Counted from the first letter of the stretch, positions 1 through 11,337 are shown. The stretch: DNA of 64,000 nucleotides from an uncultured delta proteobacterium (GCA_963733195.1 CAVTCR010000033.1:32001-96000), one strand, 5' to 3'. Made by a program: numbers and translations. Notes: generated from the sequence alone by a model not told the origin.

Positions 1-534
<534 letters not shown>

Positions 535-554
535 GTTCGTTACCAATACCGTTG

Positions 555-598
555 CAGCAAGCGCGGGCTACCCTCTGCGGTTCGCCCGCGCTTTGCTG
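555..598 (+). terminator. Strong hairpin downstream of katG
   Basis: CAGCAAGCGCGGGC (555-568) pairs with GCCCGCGCTTTGCTG (584-598). Confidence 0.55.
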
Positions 599-619
599 TT
601 GACGGGGGTGTGTGCCGAG

Positions 620-907
620 TCACCAGGCCACGAGCACATTGTGATGGAGAGGTGCCGGCCTGGCCCACAGACGTCGCGGTCGTCCAGAGTACATGGTGAT
701 ACGCGTCAAACTGGGAAAACGCTCGCCATCGTAGGCCAAGAGTTTGAGGGTCGTACCGGTACGGTTGCGAAACACATAGACCGTGCCGCCCAACGGATTC
801 TCGTGCAGGAGGGTGCGACACAGCGCGGCCAATCCATCGATGCCTTTCCGAAAGTCGACGGGCTGCACGGCCAAAAAGATGCGACTCTGGGGCGCGAGCT
901 GGAGCAT
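620..907 (-). pseudogene. tnpB: IS66 accessory protein TnpB, truncated near 725
   Basis: IFLAVQPVDFRKGIDGLAALC...GTVYVFRNR...LKLLAYDG, after which similarity is lost. Confidence 0.85.
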
Positions 908-1308
908 TACCTGCGCTCCAGAAAGGTCTGGAGCAGCAGTGCAAGCGGGGGCGAGGATTCGTGAGCGGTGATCCGCAGGCGCGTACCGTCCGCCCGCTGG
1001 ACCTCCACCTCGGCAGTCGGCGAGCGCCAGGCGGGGGTGACTTCCACGAAGGACGGAGTGACCGGCTGGGCGGGGGCACCGCTAGCAACCGCTTTCCCGC
1101 CGCCGCGCTTGCGTAACCGTTGCGGACAGAGCCCGAGCTGTTGGGCGACGCGGGAAAGGGGCAACACGTGAGTCAGGGCCACAGCTTGTTCCCACAACGC
1201 TTGCGGGATCCGCCCGCGGGGTGTAGTCCGGCGCTGCCGCCACTGGGTAAACTGCTGCACCACGTAGTGCAGTTCGTCCTCGGCTTGGGATACAGTTAGC
1301 AGAGTCAT
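907..1308 (-). CDS. IS66 TnpA-like HTH protein
   Basis: WRQRR..RIPQALWEQAVAL..VAQQLGL..FVEV..EVEVQRADGTRLRI; RBS GGAGG upstream of ATG 1308; stop overlaps the tnpB start. Confidence 0.75.
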   Translation of the reverse strand: MTLLTVSQAEDELHYVVQQFTQWRQRRTTPRGRIPQALWEQAVALTHVLPLSRVAQQLGLCPQRLRKRGGGKAVASGAPAQPVTPSFVEVTPAWRSPTAEVEVQRADGTRLRITAHESSPPLALLLQTFLERR

Positions 1309-2086
1309 CGGAACCTTCCCTCCTCGGTGCAATGACGATGAGGGAAGAGAGTAAGCGCATTCGCGTTCCGTTGTCACGCAGGCCTACCGGAAGGGTACCT
1401 ACTGTCAAGGAGTCTTTAGTGATTGAAATTAGGAATGCTTGAGGTTAAACAAGTGAGCACGAACACACTCCTCAATCCATGAATACGTATTCATTAGTTC
1501 TTGCTCGATTGAGGTAGATGGCTCTACGCCAACAACTGAAACCCCCTGCGCCGGTAACGAATACGTTTCCTCGATAAGCCATTAACGCGAGAACCTCTTG
1601 GAGGAATCGTTGCCGGCAGCGAGGAGCCATTTCCAATACAGTGACAGTTCCCTACTGGCGATCGTCTGAGAAAGAACATGGGAGGTTGCTGCAGGGATCT
1701 GCATCTTGGTCGGAGATTGAGAGGCGACATAAGGAAAAAAGGGGTAGAGGCGTCCTGCGTCGCTTCCTTGAGAATGTCGCTTGTGGGATCTGACGGTCCC
1801 TAAGCACATTCTGGTGTTTGCCCTTCTTACACGCAACGACCCACCGATCCTGGCCTCTGTTGTAGGAAAGGAAAAGGTGGAGCGATGCAGGAAGCCTCTT
1901 TGGGGGACTTCTAAATAGCGTAGCTAGTCGGGTGAGAGCAATCGAGGAAAAGGTGGAATTAAAAATACTACATAAGGGAGGGGAGGAGGGTATTCTTGAT
2001 GAAGAGGACGAGCAGTATCCTCATAAGAAGACCCACTCTGGTTTGTCTTGATTTGTCGGCAATACCCTGTACGAACAATAGTCCGA

Positions 2087-2719
2087 TCAGGACAGAGAAA
2101 CGAGGCCTCGTTTTAAGGCGGTAGTCACAGCTTGTGTACGGTCGCTGGCGCCAAGTTTTCCGAGGATGTTGTTCACGTGTGTTTTGACTGTTCCTTCACT
2201 GATAAACAACGCCGCCGCAATTTGCTTGTTGCTCTTTCCTGCCATGAGCAGTCGAAGCACATCGAGCTCTCGGTGTGTCAGTTCTGGGCCTCTCATCCGC
2301 TCGGCGAGCTTTGCTGCGATGTCAGGAGGGATACGGGTCTGGCCAGCGTGAACGGCACGAATCGTATCGAGGATCTCTTGCGAAGGGGTGTCCTTCATTA
2401 GGTAGGCTTTGGCTCCAGCTCGTAACCCACGGTAAATGTCCTCTTCAGTATCATAGATTGTGAGTACGATGATGCGGGCAGTTGGTGCTTGCTCGCGAAT
2501 GCCAATGATTGCTGTGACGCCATCGACTTCAGGCATGCGTAAGTCGATAAATGTCACGTCTGGCGTAAACCGCCGGAACAGGTCGATAGCTTCTCGCCCA
2601 TTATTGGCTTCACCGACCACGGTCATATCTTCTCGTCGTTCAATGAGAGCAACTAAGCCTTCGCGAACGACGGGATGTTCATCAGCGATAAGGATACGAA
2701 TTGGGTTAGTTTTGTTCAT
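2087..2719 (-). CDS. NarL/FixJ-family response regulator
   Basis: REC domain (IADEH, DLRMPEVDG) plus LuxR HTH (LTHRELDVL..SNKQIA..SEGTVKTHV). Confidence 0.95.
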   Translation of the reverse strand: MNKTNPIRILIADEHPVVREGLVALIERREDMTVVGEANNGREAIDLFRRFTPDVTFIDLRMPEVDGVTAIIGIREQAPTARIIVLTIYDTEEDIYRGLRAGAKAYLMKDTPSQEILDTIRAVHAGQTRIPPDIAAKLAERMRGPELTHRELDVLRLLMAGKSNKQIAAALFISEGTVKTHVNNILGKLGASDRTQAVTTALKRGLVSLS

Positions 2720-2742
2720 AGCACGATTGTTCCTCAGGTGAG

Positions 2743-5325
2743 TTAAGAGTTTGGAACTTTGACAGCTATTTTAGTCCCCTGTCCCGGGGTGCTAGTAAGA
2801 GTGAGGTGCCCTCCGAGGCGCTCTGCCCGTTCTCGCATACTGGTGAGGCCAAAGCCACTTCCAGCGAGAGGGGTAAGCGTATCGAATCCTCGGCCATCGT
2901 CTTGTACGTGTAACTGCACCTCATGGGAATAAAATCCCAGGACGATTGAAATGGCACGTGGTTGTGCGTGCTTCCATGCGTTGATAATGGCCACTTGGCT
3001 GATACGCAAAAGGTTTGCCGCGACTTCAGCCGGCAGAGAGTATGGCGTGCCGTGGAGAGTGAATGCGATCGGGATTTGTGTACACGCTTCAAGCTGTACA
3101 GAAAGACGCTCCAACGCTGTTGGAAGGTCTAGGTGATCCAACACTTGGGGGCGTAATGCGCGCACCGACCGGCGGGCTTCGGTGAGACTCTCACGGGCGA
3201 GGGCTGTAGCTCGGGTTAAGTGCGAGTGGGCATCATCAGGAGTAGTCTCAATCACTTCTTTTGCGGCTTCTAACTGGATGATGACACCGGTTAGACCCTG
3301 TGCAAAGGTATCATGAATCTCTCGTGCGAGACGATTGCGTTCCTCGAGTATGGCTGCTTGGCGGCGCTGCTCGGCAAAATTTGCAAGTTGCATTGCAAGA
3401 GCCACTTGCTGGGCGAGGGTCTGTGCAAGCTCAAGTTCTGCTGAATGGTAGCTATTGACTGCTGTACTTTGTACGCTTACCCAGCCCGTCACTTCATCTT
3501 CCAGCACCAAAGGCAGCAACAAGAGGCTACGAATACCTTGAGAGAGCAAGACCTCTCTCGTAGTGAGACGAGCCTCGTGTTCGAGGTCGGTAACGATAAT
3601 GGGGCGTTGCGTTTGCACGAGTTCTGGCCAGAACTGAGCTTCGTCCATGGCGAAGGAGGACTGGGAGGGCAGAAAGCCGTGCGAAACGAGTTCTGTGCTT
3701 CCATTTTCAAATATCATGTAAGGAGAAAAACTCTCTTCGGATTCTTTACAAAGCCACAAGCAGGCTCGGGATGCTTTTAGTTGCTGAGCAATTGCTGTGA
3801 GGGCCTGGCTCAAGAAAGGGTCGAGAGTCGGTTCTCTTGTCAGTGTTTTGAGAGTCCGAGCTAGAGCAATTGTCTGTCCCCGAGAAACCTGAGCTTCTTC
3901 CTGTAGTATGGCTTGGGCCTCTTTCTGTGAGGTAATGTCTTCAAGCGTGCTAACGTGACCGGCGAGCTGGCCGTCACTCGCTTGCAGCGGAGTGGCACGG
4001 GCACGGACCCAACGACTTTCTCCGTTGGGATGCACGAACCGCCATTCGTGGGAGAATTCGTGACCGGTATGTATTGATGAGGTCCAGGCAGTAGCGACCG
4101 AATCGTGATCATCGGGGTGTACGGCTTGTAACCAGCCGTTTCCGAGAATGTCGTTAGCGGGTATTCCAGCTAGTGCTTGCCAGTGCGCGTTGGTGTACAC
4201 GAGACTGCCACTAGTATCTGCTTGAGCGATACCGATAGGGGCAGAAGCACTGAGCAGGCGGTACCGCGCTTCACTGTCGCGTAGGGCTTCTTGGGCTTGT
4301 TTTCGCTCAAGGATTTCCTTCTCGAGTAGGATATTTGCTTGGGTGAGTTCAACTGTTCGTGCAGCCACACGACGTTCTAACTCGTCGTGATATTCTTGGC
4401 GTCGCTGTTCAGCGCGCTTATGGTCAGCAACCTCTTTCTGTAATGCTGCATTGATTTTTGCCAATTCTGCAACCCGGTCTTGCATGCGGTGTTCGCCACC
4501 TGCACGGAGGGGATGCCGGAGTGTTTGCAGGCGATTCTGAGTGGTGTTGTCGTTAGCATAGAGGTGAACGTATAGAGGATGTCCTGCGACTTCATAGCGG
4601 GCATTGTGGTACGGGAGGACGTGTTCTTCTCCATTTTTTGTAGAGAGTCGTAACAACCCTTCAACGGTTGGCCTATGCTGGGCGAGGTCCAGGTACTTGC
4701 CGAATACGTGCTGTTCCGAGGGAATAAGGAACTCACCAAGGTTATGCCCGATCATTTGGTTGGTTTGGTAACCTAATACGGAGGCGAGTCTACGGCTAAT
4801 AAATAGTAAGGTACCGTTGAGGTCATGGGTGCAAAGGGTACCCTTCGCCGGCGCTTCGAGATAGGCACATAGATGTTCATTGGGTTCAAGACGGATATCT
4901 CGTCTCAATTGAGAGTTCACGTTGGTCAGGTGGCAGTGGAGGGTAAAAAATTTTTCGGTGAGGTCCTGTGAGGCAATGACTGTGAGGGTTGTACTTACCA
5001 GCGGTCCTTGTTGGGGCTGAAGGAAAACTTCCCAGGCCTCGGCGCGTACGGAAGGGCGGAGTCGACGTAATAAAGAAAGGAAAAGCTTTCGGCTTTCTCG
5101 CGCCAGATAGCGAAGCATAGGTTTGCCCCGCAGAGCAGTTGGCGAAGTTTGTAAAAGCGCTGCTGCTGCAAGATTTGTCTCTTGAATCGTTCCGGCTCCA
5201 TCTGTCACGAGATAGCCTTCGAGAGTGTTGGTATGCAATCTGTGAAAGCCTGAGGACTCTTGTTGTGACGGAGGCGCATTGGGTTGCAAGTCGGGAAAAA
5301 TCGGCAATGGGTCTGTTCTGGTCAT
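2743..5325 (-). CDS. PAS/GAF sensor histidine kinase, HisKA_3 type
   Basis: Several PAS domains, a GAF domain, ERNRLAREIHDTFAQ, and HATPase motifs DDGRGF..GFGLTSMRERA. Confidence 0.93.
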   Translation of the reverse strand: MTRTDPLPIFPDLQPNAPPSQQESSGFHRLHTNTLEGYLVTDGAGTIQETNLAAAALLQTSPTALRGKPMLRYLARESRKLFLSLLRRLRPSVRAEAWEVFLQPQQGPLVSTTLTVIASQDLTEKFFTLHCHLTNVNSQLRRDIRLEPNEHLCAYLEAPAKGTLCTHDLNGTLLFISRRLASVLGYQTNQMIGHNLGEFLIPSEQHVFGKYLDLAQHRPTVEGLLRLSTKNGEEHVLPYHNARYEVAGHPLYVHLYANDNTTQNRLQTLRHPLRAGGEHRMQDRVAELAKINAALQKEVADHKRAEQRRQEYHDELERRVAARTVELTQANILLEKEILERKQAQEALRDSEARYRLLSASAPIGIAQADTSGSLVYTNAHWQALAGIPANDILGNGWLQAVHPDDHDSVATAWTSSIHTGHEFSHEWRFVHPNGESRWVRARATPLQASDGQLAGHVSTLEDITSQKEAQAILQEEAQVSRGQTIALARTLKTLTREPTLDPFLSQALTAIAQQLKASRACLWLCKESEESFSPYMIFENGSTELVSHGFLPSQSSFAMDEAQFWPELVQTQRPIIVTDLEHEARLTTREVLLSQGIRSLLLLPLVLEDEVTGWVSVQSTAVNSYHSAELELAQTLAQQVALAMQLANFAEQRRQAAILEERNRLAREIHDTFAQGLTGVIIQLEAAKEVIETTPDDAHSHLTRATALARESLTEARRSVRALRPQVLDHLDLPTALERLSVQLEACTQIPIAFTLHGTPYSLPAEVAANLLRISQVAIINAWKHAQPRAISIVLGFYSHEVQLHVQDDGRGFDTLTPLAGSGFGLTSMRERAERLGGHLTLTSTPGQGTKIAVKVPNS

Positions 5326-5759
5326 TGGTCGTTCTTTCTCAAAAGGAATCTGAGATGGTTTGCCTCGTTGAGTTAGTTTTACATTTGAATGATTCGTACG
5401 TACATGACAAACAGTCAGTTCCTTTTCCTCACACTGTCAATAGATCAGAGGCAAAGTATATAAAAAAGTATAGCAGAGATTCTTACCAGTGCTACTTTTT
5501 TACAGAGGTTTGAGGACACAAAAGCTGCGGAATTTCGGGACCGATAAAGGCGGGAGGGATCTGGAGTAAGTCTCAAGCTTGGAAAAGCATTTCCTGTAAC
5601 TATTGCTTAAGCAGTCGTATCGTCGATTTTCGCAAGCTTTGTATGATGTCGGTTCTTCTCATTAGATGGCCTGAGATGTCATTACAGAGATGTAGATCTT
5701 GGTTGTTTTGTTAGCTGCAGTAGGACACTTTGTGATTTTCTTGTCCGGGAGGAGATGTA

Positions 5760-7319
5760 TCACTCTAGGCTCGCTTCGACGAGCATCGGACCTGAAGAGG
5801 TGAATGAATAGCGAAGCGCATTTGTAAGCTCTTCGCCAGTGCGGACGGTACGAGCCTCAACACCGAACCCTTCGGCAATTTTAACGTAAGAGATTTCAGG
5901 ATTATCAAGTCCTGTTAGTGCGAGACTCGCAGGGCCTGGCGTAGTTCTGGCGCGTTCCATCTCCCAACGTAAGATAGAGTATGCTCGGTTTTTGCAGATG
6001 ACGGTTGTCACCTTCTGTTTTTCGCGAGCCATAGTCCAGAGGGATTGTATTGTGTACAGAGAAGATCCGTCTCCTTCCAAACAAATGACCCGCTTGTGAG
6101 GTTCTGCTGCTGCAGCCCCGACCGCGCAGGGAAGTCCTTGGCCGATCGAACCGCCAGTAAGAGTCATGTAAGTAAAAGGAGGAGCGCCGGCAGCAAAACT
6201 ATAATAAGAAAATCCCGCGGTCGCACCTTCATCCATAACGATGGTGTTTTCCGTCTGAGCTGCCGCAATGGCCTGACACATTAAGAGGGGAGTGAGCGGG
6301 CCGTGTGGAGCCTGAGGTCGTTCTGGAGCTGGAACGTTGCGCACGGGTGGAGCACCGATTGTGTCAGCCAAGGCGACCAAGGCTGAAGCTGGATCTACTG
6401 TTGGGTCACAGAGCTGGATTATCGCGGCGTCCTCAGCGCATAGACCGCTGCGGCTGTTGGGGTAACCAAAGAACGCAACGGGTTCGGCAGCTCCAGCGAG
6501 GATTACGTTATGGTAGGAGGCAAGCAGCTGACGAGCCGGTTCGGGAGGGTAGGGAATTTTGTCGGGGCAGATGAGACCCGCCCCACGATCCTGCACGGGG
6601 GGGAAGGTTGGTGCAAGAACTCTGCAACCGGTTGCACGGGCGATCCGATCTGCCGCACGTAAGCCGGGAGTACGGAGAGCAGAGCCACTGAGGACGAGGG
6701 CTGCGTTTCCTGAACGAAGAGCTCTCGCTGCGCGTTCGATATCGGTTGAGCTGGGTGTGGTGTGAACTGGTAGTTGTATGGAAACTTGCTGGTCGGGAAC
6801 TTGAGCCCACTGAACGTCGCCGGGGACAATAAGAGTAGCCGGACCACTGGGGAGCTGAAGGGCGTGGGTGATAGCCGTCGCCATATCGGTGGCGGCGAGT
6901 TCTGGGCGAGTTGTAGTGTGGACAAACTTCGACATAGGACGGGCGAGAGTCCCTATGTCAGAGGTTAAGGGTGCGTTGGCTGCGATATGCCAGGAGGCGT
7001 GTTCCCCGACCACAGAAATAACAGGAGTTCCTGCCTTGCGAGCGTTGTGTAGATTGGCGAGGCCATTGGCGAGCCCTGGGCCTAAGTGGAGGAGGGCAAG
7101 CGCAGGTTTACCGGAGATTCTTGCATAGCCGTCAGCGGCACCGGTGCATACCCCTTCAAAGATAGCTAACACCGAGTGAATCGAAGGATTATGATCAAGG
7201 GCTTGGACGAGTGAGAGTTCTGTAGTGCCGGGATTGGCAAAACAGATCTTAATATCAGCGGCGGCAGCGACTTTTAGGATTGCTTCGGCACCGGTAATCA
7301 TCTTCTGCTCTGAGGCCAT
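5760..7319 (-). CDS. ThDP-dependent acetolactate synthase-like enzyme
   Basis: CFANPGTTEL, FEGVCTGAADGYAR, GDGSSLYTIQSLWTMARE. Confidence 0.9.
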   Translation of the reverse strand: MASEQKMITGAEAILKVAAAADIKICFANPGTTELSLVQALDHNPSIHSVLAIFEGVCTGAADGYARISGKPALALLHLGPGLANGLANLHNARKAGTPVISVVGEHASWHIAANAPLTSDIGTLARPMSKFVHTTTRPELAATDMATAITHALQLPSGPATLIVPGDVQWAQVPDQQVSIQLPVHTTPSSTDIERAARALRSGNAALVLSGSALRTPGLRAADRIARATGCRVLAPTFPPVQDRGAGLICPDKIPYPPEPARQLLASYHNVILAGAAEPVAFFGYPNSRSGLCAEDAAIIQLCDPTVDPASALVALADTIGAPPVRNVPAPERPQAPHGPLTPLLMCQAIAAAQTENTIVMDEGATAGFSYYSFAAGAPPFTYMTLTGGSIGQGLPCAVGAAAAEPHKRVICLEGDGSSLYTIQSLWTMAREKQKVTTVICKNRAYSILRWEMERARTTPGPASLALTGLDNPEISYVKIAEGFGVEARTVRTGEELTNALRYSFTSSGPMLVEASLE

Positions 7320-7550
7320 AGGCTTTCCTCCCGGTGCGGAAGGTTAGTGAGTTGATGAGGGAGCGTCAAGGAGAGCTGTGAATCCTCAGGTGCTAAGGTT
7401 GCTGACTTTTGCAGCGGGCGCCCTCTCTCATAGGGGCAATCCGCTTTGTGCCTGCGGCACACGCGGATCGTCCCTCTTCGTTCGGGCGAGTTCCTTGCGT
7501 AGTGTTGGGGTTCTGAGGTAGGAGGAGGAAAACCTTGTTGGGAGGAAAAC

Positions 7551-7904
7551 ATGGCAATCAAGAAATTTTCGAGTGCGTATTACGTTGTGAAGAATATGGA
7601 TCGTGCTGTGACGTTCTATAAAGACGTGCTGGGGATGAACGTCAAGTTTCGAGATGGAAACCGGTGGACGCAGTTTGATGTGAATGGAGTAGGTGTAGCG
7701 TTGGCGGATCCAAGTGAAGGGACGGTGCCAGCGGGAGGGGGTGGCACCGTTGTTCTTGAAGTCGACAATCTTCTGGAAACACGAGAGAAACTGATTAGCA
7801 GCGGAGCGCAAGTGAACGACATTGTTGATATGGGCGGGCACGGCAAGTACTTCACCGTGAAAGACCCAGAAGGAAACGTGGTGCAGATCTTTGCACGAAC
7901 GTGA
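7551..7904 (+). CDS. VOC/glyoxalase family protein
   Basis: VKNMDRAVTFYKDVLG ... KDPEGNVVQI; RBS GGAGG. Confidence 0.9.
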   Translation: MAIKKFSSAYYVVKNMDRAVTFYKDVLGMNVKFRDGNRWTQFDVNGVGVALADPSEGTVPAGGGGTVVLEVDNLLETREKLISSGAQVNDIVDMGGHGKYFTVKDPEGNVVQIFART

Positions 7905-7910
7905 GCGGTG

Positions 7911-8363
7911 TCAGGGGGTGTGGAACAGGAAGTAATCGAGAGACCACCAGCCGGGGCCGGTGAGAACAAACATGGCGAAGAGAATGGTGAGATTGATCGC
8001 GTACTCTGCGCCTGGAGGGTTGTTGAGGATCAGGTAGCCACCACCGCGATGACCGGTCAGAGAGGCGATAAGCATGTTGATAGTGAGGGCAAGGGCAACC
8101 GGACGAGTTAGGAGCCCTACGGTAAAGAGGATGCCACCAACGAATTCAATGATGGTAGCGACCCAGGCATTGAGAAGCGGAAAGGGCATTCCAAGATCTT
8201 TAAGCCATCCGGCGAAGGCTGGAACGCCACCAGGATTGGTTGGGTGATAACCGAGTTTGCCCGTGCCGTGAACTATGATGCATATGCCAAGAGCAACCCG
8301 GACGACAAAGAGCGCGAAGTTGAGCCATGAGTCAGAAGTCGAAAGTAAGAGATTTTCGAGCAT
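7911..8363 (-). CDS. DoxX family membrane protein
   Basis: RVALG..HGTGK, EFVGGILFTVGLLTRP, GAEYAI, GPGWWSLD. Confidence 0.9.
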   Translation of the reverse strand: MLENLLLSTSDSWLNFALFVVRVALGICIIVHGTGKLGYHPTNPGGVPAFAGWLKDLGMPFPLLNAWVATIIEFVGGILFTVGLLTRPVALALTINMLIASLTGHRGGGYLILNNPPGAEYAINLTILFAMFVLTGPGWWSLDYFLFHTP

Positions 8364-8428
8364 GCATTCCCCTCCTGGATAGAATGGCGGGGATCATAGT
8401 GAAAGAGATAGCGACGGTAAAGGGAGAG

Positions 8429-9439
8429 ATGAAGATGATGGGAGATAGAGGTAGAGGATGGAAATGGAAGAGGTTTGTATTCGTTCTGTGCGCGGTAGGT
8501 TTCCTAGTTTGTGAAGCCTCAAGGGTTAATGCGCAACAAGAAGAGCCGGTGTGGAAATGGACGCCAGAGCAAATCCAGTCGCACGTCAATAAAGTGCGGA
8601 GTGGAAAAGACTTGACGCCGAAACGGTGGCCGAATGGAGCGCGAGTGGCGGTCAGCCTTTCGTTTGATTTTGATACAGAGCCAGTATGGTTGGGATTTCA
8701 GAAGCAACAGAGTCCATCGTACATGTCACGTGGGGAGTATGGGGCGCGGGCAGGAATGCCACGAATTATGGCACTGCTCGATAAATACAAAATTCCGGCG
8801 ACCTTCTTCATTCCAGCGATTTCAATGGTCCTACACCCTGAAGTCGTCGAGGATATCAAAAAGCGACCGCATCACGAGTTTGGATTTCACTCGTACGTGC
8901 ATGAGAATCCGATGGAACTGACAGAGAAGGAAGAACGAGAAGTTTACGATAAAGCGATGAAGATTTTTGTTGAAAAAGTAGGGAAGCGACCAGTGGGGTT
9001 CCGATCGGCAGCATGGGATCTGACACCAGCAACGATCCGGCTCGTGAAAGAGATGGGCTTTCTCTACGATAGTAGCATGATGGCTGACGATCGACCGTAT
9101 GAGTTAGTGACTGAAGGGCAGGCGTCAGGCGTCGTTGAGTTACCAGTGGAATGGATCCTCGATGACTGGCCATACTTTCAGTTGAGTTGGTCAAGTCACC
9201 ATGTGGGACTACGGAACCCGAATGATGTGTACTCAGTGTGGGCAGGAGAGTTTGATGGAGCGTATGCGGAGGGTTCGACATTCATCTTGGTCATGCACCC
9301 CCAAGTCATTGGGCATCGGTATCGAATGCAGATGTTAGAGCGTCTAGTCGCATACATGAAGAAGAAGCCGGGGGTTTGGTTTGCGACCCACGAGCAAATC
9401 GCACGATACGTGCAGGAGCAAGGGGAAAGTAGTCAGTAG
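8429..9439 (+). CDS. Polysaccharide deacetylase (CE4, PuuE-like) with predicted signal peptide
   Basis: SFDFD, SRGEYG, ATFFIP, HSYVHE, MHPQVIG; start set at ATG 8429 after an AGGGAG RBS, which avoids overlap with doxX. Confidence 0.85.
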   Translation: MKMMGDRGRGWKWKRFVFVLCAVGFLVCEASRVNAQQEEPVWKWTPEQIQSHVNKVRSGKDLTPKRWPNGARVAVSLSFDFDTEPVWLGFQKQQSPSYMSRGEYGARAGMPRIMALLDKYKIPATFFIPAISMVLHPEVVEDIKKRPHHEFGFHSYVHENPMELTEKEEREVYDKAMKIFVEKVGKRPVGFRSAAWDLTPATIRLVKEMGFLYDSSMMADDRPYELVTEGQASGVVELPVEWILDDWPYFQLSWSSHHVGLRNPNDVYSVWAGEFDGAYAEGSTFILVMHPQVIGHRYRMQMLERLVAYMKKKPGVWFATHEQIARYVQEQGESSQ

Positions 9440-9499
9440 GAAAAGGCGACAAGGGTAAAAAGGAAAAAGAATAAATGAGCAACGAATAAGGAGGGGACT

Positions 9500-11182
9500 A
9501 TGAACTATGATCTGCTGATCAAAGGTGCGGACATCTGTGACGGAACAGGTAGGCCGCGGTTCCACGAATCAATCGGGGTGCGTGACGGCGTAATTGTCGA
9601 GATCGGAGAAATCTCAGGACGTGCGACGCGGACAATCAATGCTAATGGACTGGTGGTGGCACCGGGATTCATCGATATTCATACGCACTATGATGCGCAG
9701 ATTTCCTGGGACCCGTTGTTGACTTGTTCGCCGTGGCATGGGGTGACTTCGGTACTCATGGGCAACTGTGGGGTTGGAGTCGCTCCATGCCGCCCACATG
9801 AGAAGGATATCGTGTCGTGGGATTTGGTGAATGTGGAGGCAATGCCACACGATGTGCTCCTGGGTGGCGTGGCATGGGATGAATGGGAAAGCTTTCCCCA
9901 ATACATGAATGCCATAACAAGCCGTGGGATCGCACTTAATGTTGGGTTCTTGGTTCCACTTTCGAGTTTTCGCTATTACGTGATGGGGACTGCCGCTTCA
10001 GAACGGGCCGCGACTGCTGCGGAAATCGAACGCATGACGGTCCTGTTCCGGCAGGCAATGGAGGCAGGAGCGTATGGATTTTCTCTGAGTCTGCTCAACC
10101 AACATATCGGTTACCAAGGGAAGCCGCTCGCTAGTCGATTGGCTACAAAGGAAGAGATCTGCGCGTTAGGGCAAGTGATGCGCGAGCTTGGCCGTGGCGT
10201 GGTCGAGATCGCACTCACCAAGAGTGTGAGTGTCCTGACAGATGAAGAACTAGACCTGTTAGTTGCTGTGGCAAACGAAAGCCAACGACCGGTGACATGG
10301 CTCGGGCTGCTCGGACGATCGGATATGCCGGGGGTGTGTCGCTCTGCGTTGACGCGGATCGAGCCTTTTCTGAGGAGAGGATTGCGAATCCCACCGCAAG
10401 TGACGCCGCGCCCGATCCAGCAGTACTATACGATGAAAGTGCCCTTTATTTTTGCGAGTTTGCCGTCCTGGCGCGAGGCGTTTAATCGTCCAGTCGCTGA
10501 ACAAATCGCGTTATACCGGAAAGCTGACTTTCGTGACGCATTTCGCCGGGATCTGAAAGTTGGTGGGGCGATCTTCACCAATCAGTGGGATCGCGTGCAT
10601 GTCGTGCGTGTCGAGAAGGATCACAACAAGCGCTATGTCAACAAAAGTATTGCGGAGATTGCCACATTATGGAAGCGAGACCCCATCGATACGGTTCTTG
10701 ACCTTGCTATTGATGAAGAGCTCGAGATGGGAATTACACTGTCAGTGATTAACACCAACCCGGACGAAGTACGGGAATTGATTACGCATCCGGATGTATT
10801 GATTGGACTTTCTGATGCTGGTGCACATGTGGATCAACACTGCGATGCCGGAGTGCCAACATATCTACTGAGCGAGTGGGTGCGAAAGCGACAAGCAATG
10901 AGCTTAGAGGAGGGGGTCCGGCGGTTGACAGGAGAGCCTGCCGCGTTCCTAGGACAGACTAAGAAAGGACGTGTGGCGGTAGGTATGGATGCTGACTTGG
11001 TAGTATTTGATCCCGAAACGATCGGAGTGCAACCTCCTGAGTGGGTTAGCGATTTACCGGGAGGAAAGCCGCGCCTTATCGAACGAGCCCAGGGAGTTCA
11101 CCATACGATAGTGGGAGGGGCCATTTTATTTGCTGAGGGGGTATATCAAGGTGGGCTACCGGGGAAAGTTATGCGTCCGTAG
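9500..11182 (+). CDS. N-acyl-D-amino-acid deacylase-like amidohydrolase
   Basis: APGFIDIHTHYDAQ, GNCGVG, SDAGAH, GMDADLVVFDP. Confidence 0.92.
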   Translation: MNYDLLIKGADICDGTGRPRFHESIGVRDGVIVEIGEISGRATRTINANGLVVAPGFIDIHTHYDAQISWDPLLTCSPWHGVTSVLMGNCGVGVAPCRPHEKDIVSWDLVNVEAMPHDVLLGGVAWDEWESFPQYMNAITSRGIALNVGFLVPLSSFRYYVMGTAASERAATAAEIERMTVLFRQAMEAGAYGFSLSLLNQHIGYQGKPLASRLATKEEICALGQVMRELGRGVVEIALTKSVSVLTDEELDLLVAVANESQRPVTWLGLLGRSDMPGVCRSALTRIEPFLRRGLRIPPQVTPRPIQQYYTMKVPFIFASLPSWREAFNRPVAEQIALYRKADFRDAFRRDLKVGGAIFTNQWDRVHVVRVEKDHNKRYVNKSIAEIATLWKRDPIDTVLDLAIDEELEMGITLSVINTNPDEVRELITHPDVLIGLSDAGAHVDQHCDAGVPTYLLSEWVRKRQAMSLEEGVRRLTGEPAAFLGQTKKGRVAVGMDADLVVFDPETIGVQPPEWVSDLPGGKPRLIERAQGVHHTIVGGAILFAEGVYQGGLPGKVMRP

Positions 11183-11188
11183 GGGAGT

Positions 11189-11230
11189 AATGAAGAATTA
11201 AGAGTGAAGAATTAAGAATGAAGAGTGAGG
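11189..11230. repeat. Degenerate heptamer tandem array (A[AG]T[GT]AAG family)
   Basis: AATGAAG AATTAAG AGTGAAG AATTAAG AATGAAG AGTGAGG. Confidence 0.9.
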
Positions 11231-11284
11231 GATAGGAAAAGGCTGGAGATTTTCGGAGTCTTTTGACTCTCTAGCTAGTTCTCC

Positions 11285-11337
11285 TTGACAACACATAGGG
11301 AGCTGGCGTATGAGGCAAAGGAAATGAACACTCACTC
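11285..11337 (+). promoter_or_regulatory. Putative sigma70 promoter and operator of tetR
   Basis: TTGACA at 11285, weak -10 TATGAG at 11309, imperfect palindrome AATGAACACTCACTC at 11323-11337. Confidence 0.4.

Larger units (their letters stand above)
620..1400 (-). mobile_element. IS66-family remnant (tnpA plus truncated tnpB, no tnpC)
   Basis: Adjacent tnpA-like and tnpB-like ORFs with higher GC than the flank; ends are approximate and no terminal inverted repeats were identified. Confidence 0.8.

Noticed and set aside
1524-1836. Short minus-strand ORFs between the IS66 remnant and the response regulator
   Set aside because: No recognisable motifs or RBS, and atypical composition.
11189-11230. 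Tandem arrays as CRISPR or iteron repeats
   Set aside because: The units are degenerate 7-mers without unique spacers, and no cas or rep genes are present.
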